From: Zootoca vivipara
Taxonomy: Eukaryota
DNA: 64,000 nt
Direction: 5' to 3'
NCBI RefSeq assembly: GCF_963506605.1
Contig: NC_083289.1
Location: forward strand, 21,948,001-22,012,000
Part shown: positions 49,721 to 61,217 of the stretch, piece after piece
Numbering within the stretch: the stretch's first letter is position 1
Layout of the letters: each line of letters begins with the position of its first letter
Made by a program: the position numbers and the translations under genes
The notes under the pieces: generated by a model
Database searches by the model: none
Told to the model about the DNA's origin: nothing
The model's input: only the letters and a program-made list of their open reading frames with translations

Positions 49721-49765
49721 ATTGATTGTGTTTTGGTCCTGGCCTTAAAAGAACATTGGTATGAA

Positions 49766-49825
<60 letters not shown>

Positions 49826-50119
49826 ACATTTAGATTTTCTTCTGAAGGCTAGGCCCGTTTATTGTGGTACTTGCTAGCAAAGCCTTTTAGATGCTCCTGG
49901 GCAATACCCTGGTAAAATCTTACATCACCAACTTCTCAGTTGCTAGAGGTTTCCTTGATAGGGGTTGGTGATGCTTTTGCGGGAGCCTGTGGTTAATATC
50001 TGCAACATTCACCTTTCTGCAATTAATTTCCTCTTGCTGGGGCAGACTTCGGTAATATGGTGCCCCAAGAGAGGAAAAAAATTGGTGCCCCCCCAAAAAC
50101 TATTTTTTTATTATTTTTG

Positions 50120-50505
50120 TGTTGGTGCTGACCTTTAAAGCCCTAAACGGCCTTCGTCCAGTATACCTGAAGGAGCATCTCCACCTCCATCAATCTGCCC
50201 GGACACTGAGGTCCAGTGCCGAGGGCCTTCTGGCGGTTCCTTCGCTGTGAGAAGCCAAGTTACAGGGAACCAGGCAGAGGGCCTTCTCGGTAGTGGAGCC
50301 CTCCCTGTGGAATGCCCTCCCATCAGATGTCAAAGAGACAAACAACTACCAGACTATTAGAGGATATCTGAAGGCAGCCCTGTTTAGGGAAGCTTTTAAT
50401 GTTTAATAAATTATTGTATTTTAATACTTCTGTTGGAAGCCGCCCAGAGTGGCTGGGGAAACCCAGCCAGATGGGCGGGGCATAAATAAATAATAATAAT
50501 GATAA
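50120..50505 (+). mobile_element. L2-clade LINE 3' end
   Basis: VLTFKALNGL.P.YL...LWNALP; (TAA)n tail; same subfamily as 17569-17967. Confidence 0.9.
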
Positions 50506-50612
50506 TACTGTAATTGTAATTATTTTGCTATAATTCCTTTTGGTACAGTTTCTTTTTAATGGATCTTCTCAATAGGCTTTCTGAAATGGCACATTATTAC
50601 AAAACCAGAAAT

Positions 50613-50653
<41 letters not shown>

Positions 50654-50771
50654 TGCACCCCCTGCACTGCCCTAAATCTCGTACTAACCTTTGGTTCCTA
50701 CTGTGTTTTCTCACAGAAGAAGCTGCCTTATAACAGGTGAGACGATGGGTCCACTCTAGGGGTAACTAATG

Positions 50772-50861
50772 CATAGCTGCCAAGTTTTCCCTTTTCTCGC
50801 GAGGAAGCCTATTCAGCATAAGGGAATTTCCCTTAAAAAAGGGGAGAACTTGGCAGCTATG
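50772..50861. mobile_element. hAT MITE, 90 bp, inverted sibling of 3609-3700
   Basis: 15-bp TIRs; TSD aactaatg at 50764-50771 and 50862-50869. Confidence 0.92.
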
Positions 50862-51179
50862 AACTAATGTGGTGCCTTCTAGCAGTTGTTGGACTACAAC
50901 TCCCATTAAGCTTAAATTGGCCATGCTGGCTGGGGCTGATGAAAGTTGTAGCCCAGGGGAAGTGAGACTTCATTTCTGAGGCCCAAATGTATCAGGCCTC
51001 CCTTCCTGGCTTTGGGTCCAAGCCACACCCCCTCCTCAGCCACACCTTCTGTCTCCAAGCCACACCTCTTACTGGTCTTGCCTCAAACCTCCCTTGAGTC
51101 TTTTTTCCTGGTGAGAATGGGTCCTTGACCAGTGATAATGACTCTTTATTGTATGAATGGAGGATAGAGGGTGTGTTTG

Positions 51180-51502
51180 TGACCCCACCTGCACTAAACA
51201 TTTAAAGCAGTTCCACACCACTTTAAACAGACATGGTTTCCTCCCAAAGACTTCTGGGAAGTTAAAGGCACTGAGAGTGGTTGCAAGGCCCCCTCTTCCC
51301 CTCACAGAGCTACAATTCCAGAGTTCCCTGGGAAGATGGATTGATTGTTACACCACTCTGAGAACTGTAGCTCAAGGAAAGAGATATGGGTCTGTTCACA
51401 CTTTACAGCACCCTTAACAGACTACAGTTCCCAGATTCATTGGGAAGAGCAATGACTGCTTGAAGTGGTTTGAAGCTGCTTTAAATGTATAGCGCAGATG
51501 GA
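51180..51502. mobile_element. Palindromic MITE (possibly PIF/Harbinger-like); partial copies at ~24430-24630, 41120-41300, 57190-57370
   Basis: acatttaaagcag...ctgctttaaatgt inverted ends with long imperfect internal symmetry. Confidence 0.6.
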
Positions 51503-52350
51503 GCTTGTGAGTGTGTGTGTAGAAACTAGCTTACTGTCTGAAGGTATTTTTAAAATGTAATAATGCCCAATGATATCTCAGAAGCCATGTTTGGGGATTC
51601 TAGGTAGGAGCGGAGGGAGGGGGGGGACAGGTTGAAATGCTCTGCCCATTTTTTTGCCCCTAAAGGAAACCAAAGAAATTATGCAGAATAAAGTTTTTTT
51701 TTTTTTTTAAAAAACAGCTTTCCTTGGGGCAGTGTTTGCATGGGGGAAGATGGGGGAAGAAATTCGATTCAGTTTGCATTTAAAGATGAGCCTACCCAGT
51801 TTGGAGTTTCTAAAACAAATTTGTGAACAGCCGCTCTGTGAAATTTGCACTTCTCTGAATTTTGCAAAGCAGTTATCCAGGTAAGTAATGCTTACAGAAA
51901 TGCGCATAAAAACCTATATTTTAGTGAAAATTACACACATATATGCACTTTGTTAGGGACATTTGCTTTGCAAAAATGTGTATATTGTGCAACATTGCAT
52001 AATAAAAAATGTGTATATGAAGAAAAATTCACACTAAAATGCTCATGAATTTTCATGAGGAATTAAAGTATATATTGCAAGATATGGAGTACTGAATTTA
52101 AGACTGGAAAATAAGAAAACAAAATTAAAACATTAATCTCCCCCCCAGGACAATGACTAACTTCTTCTTTTTATGTGAATATGCAGTGCTTTTTTCCTGG
52201 GGATACGCATACCCCTAAACATTTTGTGAATCTTTGTACTTTTGGCCATTTACTGTATTTATTTCTCCTGATTTGAACTATAAAATGGTCATTTTCTTCA
52301 GTCAAAATGAGAGTACCCCTAAACATTTTTTAAAGAAAATAAGCACTGGG

Positions 52351-52398
<48 letters not shown>

Positions 52399-52419
52399 AA
52401 TAGTATGGTGTGTTTAAAC

Positions 52420-52555
52420 CAGGCATCCCCAAACTGTGGCCCTCCAGATGTTTTGGCCTACAACTCCCATGATCCCTAGCTAACAGGACCAGTGGTCAGG
52501 GATGATGGGAATTGTAGTCCAAAACATCTGGAGGGCCGAAGTTTGGGGGTGCCTG
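52420..52555. mobile_element. hAT MITE, 136 bp (CAGGCATCCCCAAACT TIR)
   Basis: 8-bp TSD gtttaaac at 52412-52419 and 52556-52563. Confidence 0.93.
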
Positions 52556-52572
52556 GTTTAAACTGATGTGAA

Positions 52573-52922
52573 TGACAACTCTGACCCAGGAAGAGTGGCA
52601 AATAAAACAGATGAACTATGCCAAGATGGCAAAACTTACAGGAAGAATTAGAAACCACGAAGAGATGGACTTTAATGGGGAAAACTATTGTAAACAATTA
52701 CACACATTGATAGGATTGACAGAAAACTTGTAGTAAAAAATTGAACTATGGAATGATAAAGGATTTATAAGAATAGAGTTATGAAAGAGGCGCAGAGGGG
52801 AAAAATATATTAAGATCCACAATTTGGGGGGGGGGGAGGCAAAGGGGATTTTATGTTTATGTTTTTATTTCGGTTGTATATGTAAAATAGAAAATGCAAA
52901 AACAAAATTGAAGCATAAAAAA
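52573..52922 (+). mobile_element. 5'-truncated L1 LINE 3' end
   Basis: TQEEWQIKQMNYAKMAKLTGRIRN resembles squamate L1 ORF2 ends; G-run and A-rich tail; 14-bp TSD taaactgatgtgaa / taaaccgacgtgaa. Confidence 0.75.
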
Positions 52923-53098
52923 TAAACCGACGTGAAGGAGGTGTCCTTCTTGTCACTGACAAGAATAGAAAGGGTTACCATCTCTGCCTCTCCCAACCTA
53001 AGCCAACAGATTTTACTTGGAAAACCTCCCCCTTTCTTCTACAGCCTTTTTGTACAGGAAATGAAGTGCAGGAAATGCAATATGGAGACATGACTTAC

Positions 53099-53165
53099 CC
53101 GCAACAGCGTGTCACCATTTTTATTATCAGGGGTGTAATCACCCTTCGGGGAGGAATCATTACTC
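53099..53165 (-). CDS. Candidate exon 2 (67 nt): (R)SNDSSPKGDYTPDNKNGDTLLR
   Basis: Acceptor ctcttgtacctagcag| and donor CGG|GTAAGT. Starts in phase 2, matching the exon 1 donor 2 kb upstream; ends in phase 0. Confidence 0.5.
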
Positions 53166-53692
53166 CTGCTAGGTACAAGAGCACACCAGGCCACCAGACT
53201 GTGTGTAGAAAATAGTGAGGGATAATTCCACCCCTTCATCATTCAGGACTTTACTTTGTCAATAAGAGGGAGAAGGGATTATATCTTTTAAAAAAATAAA
53301 TGGTGACCATTGAAGAGATTTGTCTTTTTAAAGAAAAGAAAAGAAAAGAAACATCCTTTTTTATTATTATTATCCCTCCACCTGGTGGGAACGAGAGCAA
53401 TTTTGATTTTAAAATGCTAGCTCTGTGGCAAATGCCTTCAGTAGCTCTGGCCTGCTGGGCCTTTTCCACACAGGCGTATTTCTAGTGCAAAGGCCTCCTT
53501 TCTTCGTTCCTCGCTGGCTCCTCCGGCACTTTCTCTCGTTCTTCTTTTCATGAGCATGCCCTTTCGGCCGTCAAAACAACAACCTGTTCATTCAAGGGGA
53601 AAGGTAGCTCTGGACTTTGTTGCCACAGCTACTCCGTTATGTCACAGTAAAAGCCCCCGTTTCTCCTTAATTGAGGTCTTGAACCTTTAGTA

Positions 53693-53828
53693 CAGGCATC
53701 CCCAAACTTCGGCCCTCCAGATGTTTTGAACTACAATTCCCATCATCCCTGACCACTGGTCCTCTTAGCTAGGGATCATGGGAGTTGTAGGCCAAAACAT
53801 CTGGAGGGCCGAAGTCTGGGGATGCCTG
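53693..53828. mobile_element. hAT MITE, 136 bp, same family as 52420-52555 in opposite orientation; partial copy at 45165-45252
   Basis: 8-bp TSD ctttagta at 53685-53692 and 53829-53836. Confidence 0.93.
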
Positions 53829-54484
53829 CTTTAGTATTACCATTACTATTATTTTTACAGTAGGTCCATTCTGCAAATTTGTCCTCACTTCCCCCCCATA
53901 AGCTAACAAACTCCCCAACATCATCTTGGCTACAGAGGCACCAATCAAAGGGGGCAGAAGGGGCTCCAGCTCCCTCAACATTTATGGGCAGGGACCAATC
54001 CCCTCCCCCCCAATATCAAGGGGGCCACCATACCCCGCTGCCCCTGGGTGAGTGCTGGCGCAATGGATCCGAGCAGGATGTGCCAGAGGGTGATTTTCAC
54101 CTTCCGCGCTCCCCACCACAACCACCAGGAGTTTCCATGAGAATTTTTAAATGAAGCAAATAGCTGTGGAAAAGTGGAGAACCGAATTTAAGATTGGGAA
54201 AATGAGAAACTGAGAGAACTGAACTTGATAGATTTGTCCCTTCGTAGTAGTAGGAAAGTTCTGGAACATTCTGCCTCTTCAGCTACCCAGGACCCTATAA
54301 GGAGGGGGAGTCCAATGCTCAGGATGAGAGCCACCGCTTTAGGAGAAAGGCATAACAAGAACGGGAAATCAACATAGGGCCATTGCTACTGCCAAGATGA
54401 AGGAAGAGACATGCTCAAAGAGTTCATGCAAACGCATTCAGCATTTAAGTCAAAAGACTGCAGCTGACCAAAGGCAGATTGGAT

Positions 54485-54900
54485 CATAGCTGTCAACTTC
54501 TGGATTGGAAAATAAGGGATCAGCAGTGGCGCGGCACCGGAAGTCGCTTCTGCGCATGTCCAGACTTGTGCAGAAGCGACTTCCGGTGCCGGCTCTGCCC
54601 GATTTCCGGTGCCCAGACATGGGCAGAGAGGCACCAGAAATGGGTTCTGCGCATGTCCAGACATGCGCAGAAGTGACTTCCAGTGCCGGGCTGCCCGTGT
54701 CCGCATGCCTGGGCACCAGAAATCGCTTCTGCGCATGCCCGGGCATGCGCAGAGGCGATTTCCAGCAGCACTTGGCAAGTGAGCGAGCAGCCGGCCGGGA
54801 GCCGGGACATTTATGGGGTATTTTATAATCTGGGGTTGCAGCGGCAAACGGATTTAACTTCGGGGTTTCCCGCCAAAAAACGGGAGGGTTGACAGTTATG
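54485..54900. mobile_element. hAT element, 416 bp, with three internal palindromic units
   Basis: CATAGCTGTCAAC / GTTGACAGTTATG TIRs; TSD gattggat at 54477-54484 and 54901-54908. Confidence 0.92.
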
Positions 54901-55175
54901 GATTGGATGACCTTCCATAAAGGAGCATAGGAAGATGTCTTATATTGAGTCAGGCCATTGGTCCTTTTAGCTCAGTACTGGAACTGTCTATGCTGACTGG
55001 CAGCAGTTCCACAGGGCCATTCCCAGCCCTACCCAGAGATGTTGGAGGCTGAACAGGGGGCTTCTGCATGCAAAGCAGATGTGATGACTTTTCACAATGG
55101 ATAGGGTGCCCTATCCATTGAAGTGATCCGGCTGGCTCTTCTTACAAATATACAATCTCACCAGCAAAACCTTAC

Positions 55176-55306
55176 CTGCAAACAAGGCAGTAGTGTTGAG
55201 GCAGCGGAGGCACAGTGGAACCAATCACACCAGTGCAGAGCAAAAGTGGAAGGAAGAGAAATGAGAGAAAGCTAGAGAAAGAGAATAATTGAAAAGCTGC
55301 CTCCAT
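55176..55306 (-). CDS. Candidate first coding exon of an unrecognised secreted protein: MEAAFQLFSFSSFLSFLFLPLLLCTGVIGSTVPPLPQHYCLVC (signal peptide plus CxxC)
   Basis: Minus strand reads cacaccATGG (strong Kozak), 131 nt open, hydrophobic core, small-residue c-region (VIG|S), and ends CAG|GTAAGG (phase 2). Caveat: CT-rich DNA can give F/L/S runs by chance. Confidence 0.6.
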
Positions 55307-55664
55307 GGTGTGGATTGTTGGAGTCCGGTTGATGGAAGGCAAGATATAGGCTTTGTTATCTACTATACAATGGTACTGGGACTTTCATAACCTTCTGTCT
55401 AGGTTTCTTCATGTATCCTTGCATAACAGCAGTTCCGTTCCCCAAGATCTGTTTTCTATGAAGTGGAATTAAACTTTAATTCAGACTCTGTGTTATGTTG
55501 CCAGAAGGAAGTTTGGCTAATAACGCTCCCTTCCTCATGATCCATGGCGCTAGAGTTCTGAAAACCCTACAGTGTGTCATGCTTTGTATGCCGTTTTGTG
55601 CCTAAGATACTGTTGCTGCTGCTTCTGTGGGATCTTGATGCAACAAATAAACACCTTGGCCTAC

Positions 55665-55858
55665 AGAGCTGTGTGACAGTGGAACGGGCTACCTCAGAAG
55701 GTGGTGGACTCTCATTCATAGGAAGATTTTAAACAGAGGTTGAATGGTCATCTGTCAGGGATTCTTTAGTTGTGATTTCTCCATTGCAGGGGGTTGGACT
55801 AGATGGCCCTTGGGGGTCCCTTCCTGCTCTACAATTCTGTTATTCTATATATTCCATA
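55665..55858 (+). mobile_element. CR1 LINE extreme 3' end
   Basis: cagtggaacgggctacct...ggtggactctc...gggttggactagatg...attctgttattctat tail. Confidence 0.88.
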
Positions 55859-57101
55859 CAGCGGCTTAGTCATTTCTGTCAAAAACGGCCTATACCTGGT
55901 GAACCAGCAGAAACTGAGACAGAGATCCAAATTTCACATTTGCAGCAGTTCATATTTTACACCTGTAATATGTTGCTTTGAGACACTTGTATAAAGGGAC
56001 AAATGCAATCTTCCTGACCTATAGGATTGGACCCTGTTATTGCTGAATTTTATTTTTCATCGTTTCATTTATTTATTTTTATGTTGTGTATGTTTTACAG
56101 TGTATTTATGTTGCATTTTGTATGCTGCTTAGAGATTTTTTAACTGCTGAGTGGTTTAGAAATGCTTTCAAATAAATAAAATTGTTGCGGTGGTTGTTAC
56201 TTTTCCTGCTCTCTCTCAAACCACCGCTGAATATGATGCTAGAAAGAGAAGCAGATTCAAAAACCTGTGTGGGGACTTAATACCTCTTCACACCCACCTT
56301 TATTCTAAAAAGGCCCTCCCCCTCCCGGCAACCTTGTTACTCCCAGCAGAACATTTCCAAAACAAACTCAATATTTTCAAAAGGTGACAGTGGAAAATAG
56401 AAGAAAATGGACTGGATAAATAGCACACTCTATTCTAAACAAGAACATCACACATTTGAACATTTACTGGGGGGTCAACCATTTTGGGCAAGGACCCATG
56501 GGAATGAAAGATGGTGGCACTTGAAAGAGAATGCACTCATTCTCCATGGAGGAAAAAAGTGACTTAAGTGCCAATGAGAGACAGGCAGCTAGCTGCTGCA
56601 TTGGGAAGATCTGTTCAACAAAGACAGCTGTGTGTCCAAAGAGAAAACGCCAAACGAAGGAGATTCGTGATTGGATTTCCCACTATTTTACTTTTTTTTT
56701 GTAAACAAGGAGCTGGGTAAGGGGTGAGATCAGGACTGCAAGATGGGCAGAGGGGGAGTTCTTAACCATTTCCTCCTGCACTCCAATTTCCTGATGAAAA
56801 TCACTCACACACACTATTATTTGATTGCTGTGGGACATACATGTACTCACAGGTTTCCCATAAGAAGTAACATAGAAGAGTTAGTGGGGAGGATTTTTTG
56901 ATCCAGAAAATGGTGTGTGGGGAAGAGGGGAAGGTTGAGATGCCTCCCCCCGGGGATGTGGTCTTATTCTGAACTGTCCCCTCATTGGCTACTCCCTACA
57001 AATGTGTAAAGAGATGGAAAATACAATTGATCCTGGTTGGACCTCAAACTTTTAACAGCAGGCGTCAGTAACAACAATAATAGCAGCAGTAAATAAAAGA
57101 C

Positions 57102-57143
57102 GAAGAGTCGGACATGACTAAACGACTAAACAACAACAACAAC
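57102..57143 (+). mobile_element. RTE Bov-B LINE 3' tip (42 bp)
   Basis: gaagagtcggacatgactaaacgactaaac(aac)n is the Bov-B terminus; TSD aaataaaagac at 57091-57101 and 57144-57154. Confidence 0.85.
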
Positions 57144-60100
57144 AAATAAAAGACAGGTGTCTGACTGAAAAGTGGTGGGTTGGGGTATATGGCCACATTC
57201 ACACCATGAATTTGAAGCACTATGATACCACTTTAAACTGTCATGGCTTCCTGCAACTGATTCTGGGAGCTGTAGTTTGCCGAGAGTCGCTATGAGATTA
57301 TTATTCTGGTCACAGAGCTCCAATTTGCAGAGTGGTTTAACAAATGATCCCTCTTCCCAGGGAACTACAGCGGAAGTGGGTTTGGCATGGCAGTAAGGTA
57401 AGGATCCAGCTCCACATTCCACTAGCACTAGCTGATGGAATGGCCCTCCATCAGAACTGGGAATCCCCCAAACCACTTCTATGGGAATTGCCCAGTGTTG
57501 AGCCTTGGAGTGGTGCAAGCTAGGTAGCAAGGGCTCACTAGATGACTGGAGTAAGAGATTCCAGCCATGGCAGGGGCCCTAACCCAAACTTAGGGTGTTC
57601 CATGCCCCTCCTCCTCCTCCTCCTCCGGCCCCTTATACTTATGAAGTTCAACCACCACTTAACCAAAGTAAGCCTTAAGTCTGAGAGGGAAAGACAAAAC
57701 AAAAACAACAATCCAAGCAGCCAGTTAATTCCTTTCCAGCCTTACCAACCAGCGATCCAAATAGCCCAGTGAGGCTCTAACACCAAGCTTGTGTGGGTAG
57801 GAAGGTCACCCGGGCAAAATGGCCTTGAGCCCACATGTGCGAAGTCTTTTAAGGCCTTGTCGACTACGACTCCCATCATCCCTTGCCATTGGCCAGGCTA
57901 GCTGGGGTTGATGAGAGTTGTAGTCCAAAACATCTGGAGGACATACAGTTGGAGAGGACTGGTCCATGCACACTTTTTTTTAAAAGCCCTATGTGCCATT
58001 GTGTTGCTGCATCCATCACTTGGCATGCTATTGACCACTCGTCTCAGTCACGATTACTCTGATGTTTTGCAAGCAAATCTGAAACAGGAGTTAGTTAGTT
58101 AGTTAGTTATTGTTATGGTTCTCGACCAGCATATGAAACAGGAGTATTTCTCCTCCCCTTGCTCATCTCCCCCTCCCCAACCCTGCAATTTATCTCAGCT
58201 GAATCACAGGTTCATAGGCTAGCTTCATGGCTGAGTAGGCAAGAACTCTTTCCTAATCCCCAGCAGCAAACAGCTTAGGACAATACTCCATGTGCCAATT
58301 GGAGACATTCCACTTATCTCAACCACCTTCCAACATAGCTACCTGTAAGCCAACAGGCAGGTTCTTAAGTGCCTGAAGTCGTTTCAAACCAACCTTGTTT
58401 CCCTGCTGTTCATTGCCGAATGCGTAAATGTTCAAGGATTAATTTACAGGCCTCAGTGGCAGACTTTGGGCTTTAACATTTCAGGCGCACGGTGCGCTGC
58501 CAGAATTGAGTGCCCCCCACCCCACTTCTTGTCTTCCGTTGTTCATAATTGTTGCAGTGCCCCCAGCAGCACCCTCTTGGCTTGGCGCCCAGTGTGGGCG
58601 AACCGGTTGTGCTCCTCTAAATCCGCACTCTGCGGGCCTCCGTTTCATGTGGACTGTACAGGGGATCTTTTTTCTAAAAAAAGAGTGCATAATGGCAATT
58701 CCTTTCTACTTTAAAGCATTCTGTGAAATTGGCCCAATCAGCAGGGTGAGGTTACCAAGAGGGTCTGTCTCTTGTTCTTCCTTTCCTGGCTTAACCATCA
58801 GCTCCAAGTTTTGCTCTTGAAATGCAAGCCAACCCAGCAAACTGTTATTTAGTGCATGAGCGTTATTCCGAAACAAAGGAGCGAGAGAGCTGATTTGGGT
58901 GTCTGTCTCATAAGAAAACCCCAGTTACCGTATATTATCTGCCATAGCTTGACTGGCAATGGATCTCCCATGCTAGTCTGCTGGGAACCTTAAAATGAAC
59001 ATCAGCAATTATAGACCCAAAGTCTGCTGCAATTTGAAGGCATTATCTCAGGATAATTGCCCTGAAACATTCCTGTTGCAAAGGCAAAGGTAGATAATTT
59101 AAAAATCCATCGTTCTTTGTCTGCATAACAGTTTGTACAGCAAACCCTCCCCTGTTGTGGGCATTGTAGCGAGATAATAAGGCTCAAAATTGGTCCTTTG
59201 CACATATCTGGCGCAGTTCATAAAGGTGTGTGGATATTTTCTCCTTTAATTTTCTTTCCCCGCTCCTCTTAGGGGCAATTTTCAAAAACAAAGCAGAAAG
59301 GCTGCTCTAAGCTAGACAAGTAGGACCGAACAAACCCCAAATGACCTCTGAACCCAGTACATTTGGTGGTCACATGACAACTCAGTGCCCAGAGGGGAGC
59401 AGTTAAGTGACTTTGTTTTCATCCAGGCTAAGGGAGGGAGATCTTTCTGCCACAGACCACCGGAACTGGAACAACTCCACTGGAACTGTCCTTCAGCGGC
59501 AGCTGTTTCACCTGGTCGCAAATGGAATGTGAAGACATTTAATTCTTTAGGATTCTATGAGCTTTCACTGATATATCAACTTATCAAGGAGGGGGACTGT
59601 TTGTAGGGAGGACAGCAGTTGTGTTTAGCAGAATGCACTAGCAGCTCCACTTCAAACCTTCCATCTCATTGTGAGAAGGTTGGTTGTGGGTGCAGTAGGG
59701 GAAGAAGTGATGCCCACAGTCCAGCCAGGGATACAATTAACAAATGCCTGACAAGGTTTACTACAGAATATAGAGATATAATATTCACAATCCGGTCCCA
59801 TTTTTTGCATTAATCAGCATTAAAAAAATGCACAAAATTTTGCATTATGTATGAATGCATTTTTTCACAAAATAAGCATTTTTGTATGCATTTTATTCTC
59901 ATTAAGCATTTTTTTGTACATAGTTTAATCTAAAATGTGCATTTTAATACACATCTTGGTACATTTTTTTTAGCTGATAAATGTTTTTTGCATAATACAG
60001 AGAAGCAAAAAACTGGAATGGGACCAGTGTTCTGATATTGCTCCAGGAAGTGTGAGTTAGTATTGGTTCACTATAAAATGTGAATACATTCCTAATACCT

Positions 60101-60913
60101 GCCTGGCCCTGTTTTTATGGCAGCCTCCCTCAACCTGGTGTCCTCCTGGTGTTTTGTACTATAACTCCCAAAGACCTAGTCTTGTACTGTATTTGATAGC
60201 TGCTGCTTGGCTAGCATTGGCCAACATTGGAGGTATAGTACTCCACACAGTTCTTACTGTAGGGATGTTGGTCCCAAATCTGGTCTCCTGTTCTAGCTAA
60301 AAACCTTATGCCAAGAGGGCCAAATGCAGGAGGAGCAAGCTTTAAGATATGTGGAACCCCTTCTTCCATTACGTGGTCTGTTGGAAAGCTGTAATGTAGC
60401 TTCTAGTGAAACAATTGTCAGATCTTGCCTATTACATGAGAATGCTGTCACAATGAGAACTAGAAGCTTGCTTTTTAAAAACAACAGCACCAAAGCTCTT
60501 GAGATAATTTGGTTGTTGATGGCAATGCTGAAGTAGCATGGAAATCCCTTGGGAGCTGATGACTAAGGCTTTATGCCAGGGATAGGGAACCAGTGATCTT
60601 CCAGGTATTGTTGAACTCCAGCTCCCATCAGCTCCTGCCAGTTTGGCCAATACCCAGGGAAGATGCAAATTGCAGTCCAATGCTATCTGGAAAGCCACAG
60701 AGCCCCCCCCCAATTCCTGCCCTATCCCTTGGTGAGCACCTATAATTCTCAGCAAGTATCTCTCTACTGTGTTGCCATCTTCTTCCTCCGCCTGGCTTGG
60801 TTTAATTTTACAAAGTTGGAGCCAGAAAAATTATCTGATTCTTCACATATGTGGCCAGCTTTCAGTGGTCATTTCAGACGTTTCATTGGTTTGTGACCTC
60901 TGTAATCAGAAAA

Positions 60914-60973
<60 letters not shown>

Positions 60974-61178
60974 TGCCTTTAAAGAACCTAAGCGAACAGG
61001 CTGGATCTGTTCATATTATCCCTTCCAAGCTGTCTGAGGCTTTCATCCTCCCCTCTCCCACACATGCCCTTATTGCTCTCCCACTCACCCACCAATGTGG
61101 GTCTGTCAGTGGTACAAAGAGGTCAACATCAAAGCGCTTTTACAGCTAGCAGCCAGCAGCTAATGCTGGCATTATGGG

Positions 61179-61217
<39 letters not shown>

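Noticed and set aside
52925-52975. Strong minus-strand acceptor ~140 nt after exon 2
   Set aside because: In phase 0 it starts with TGA and then runs into an L1 tail; at most a truncated isoform, with no further support.
53440-53585. Minus-strand exon candidate CCFDGRKGMLMKRR...
   Set aside because: In the phase required by exon 1 it stops after three codons, and there is no donor.
55170-55195. Recursive splice site (YAG|GTAAG)
   Set aside because: Better explained as the donor of the Kozak/signal-peptide exon; it remains a fallback if that exon is false.
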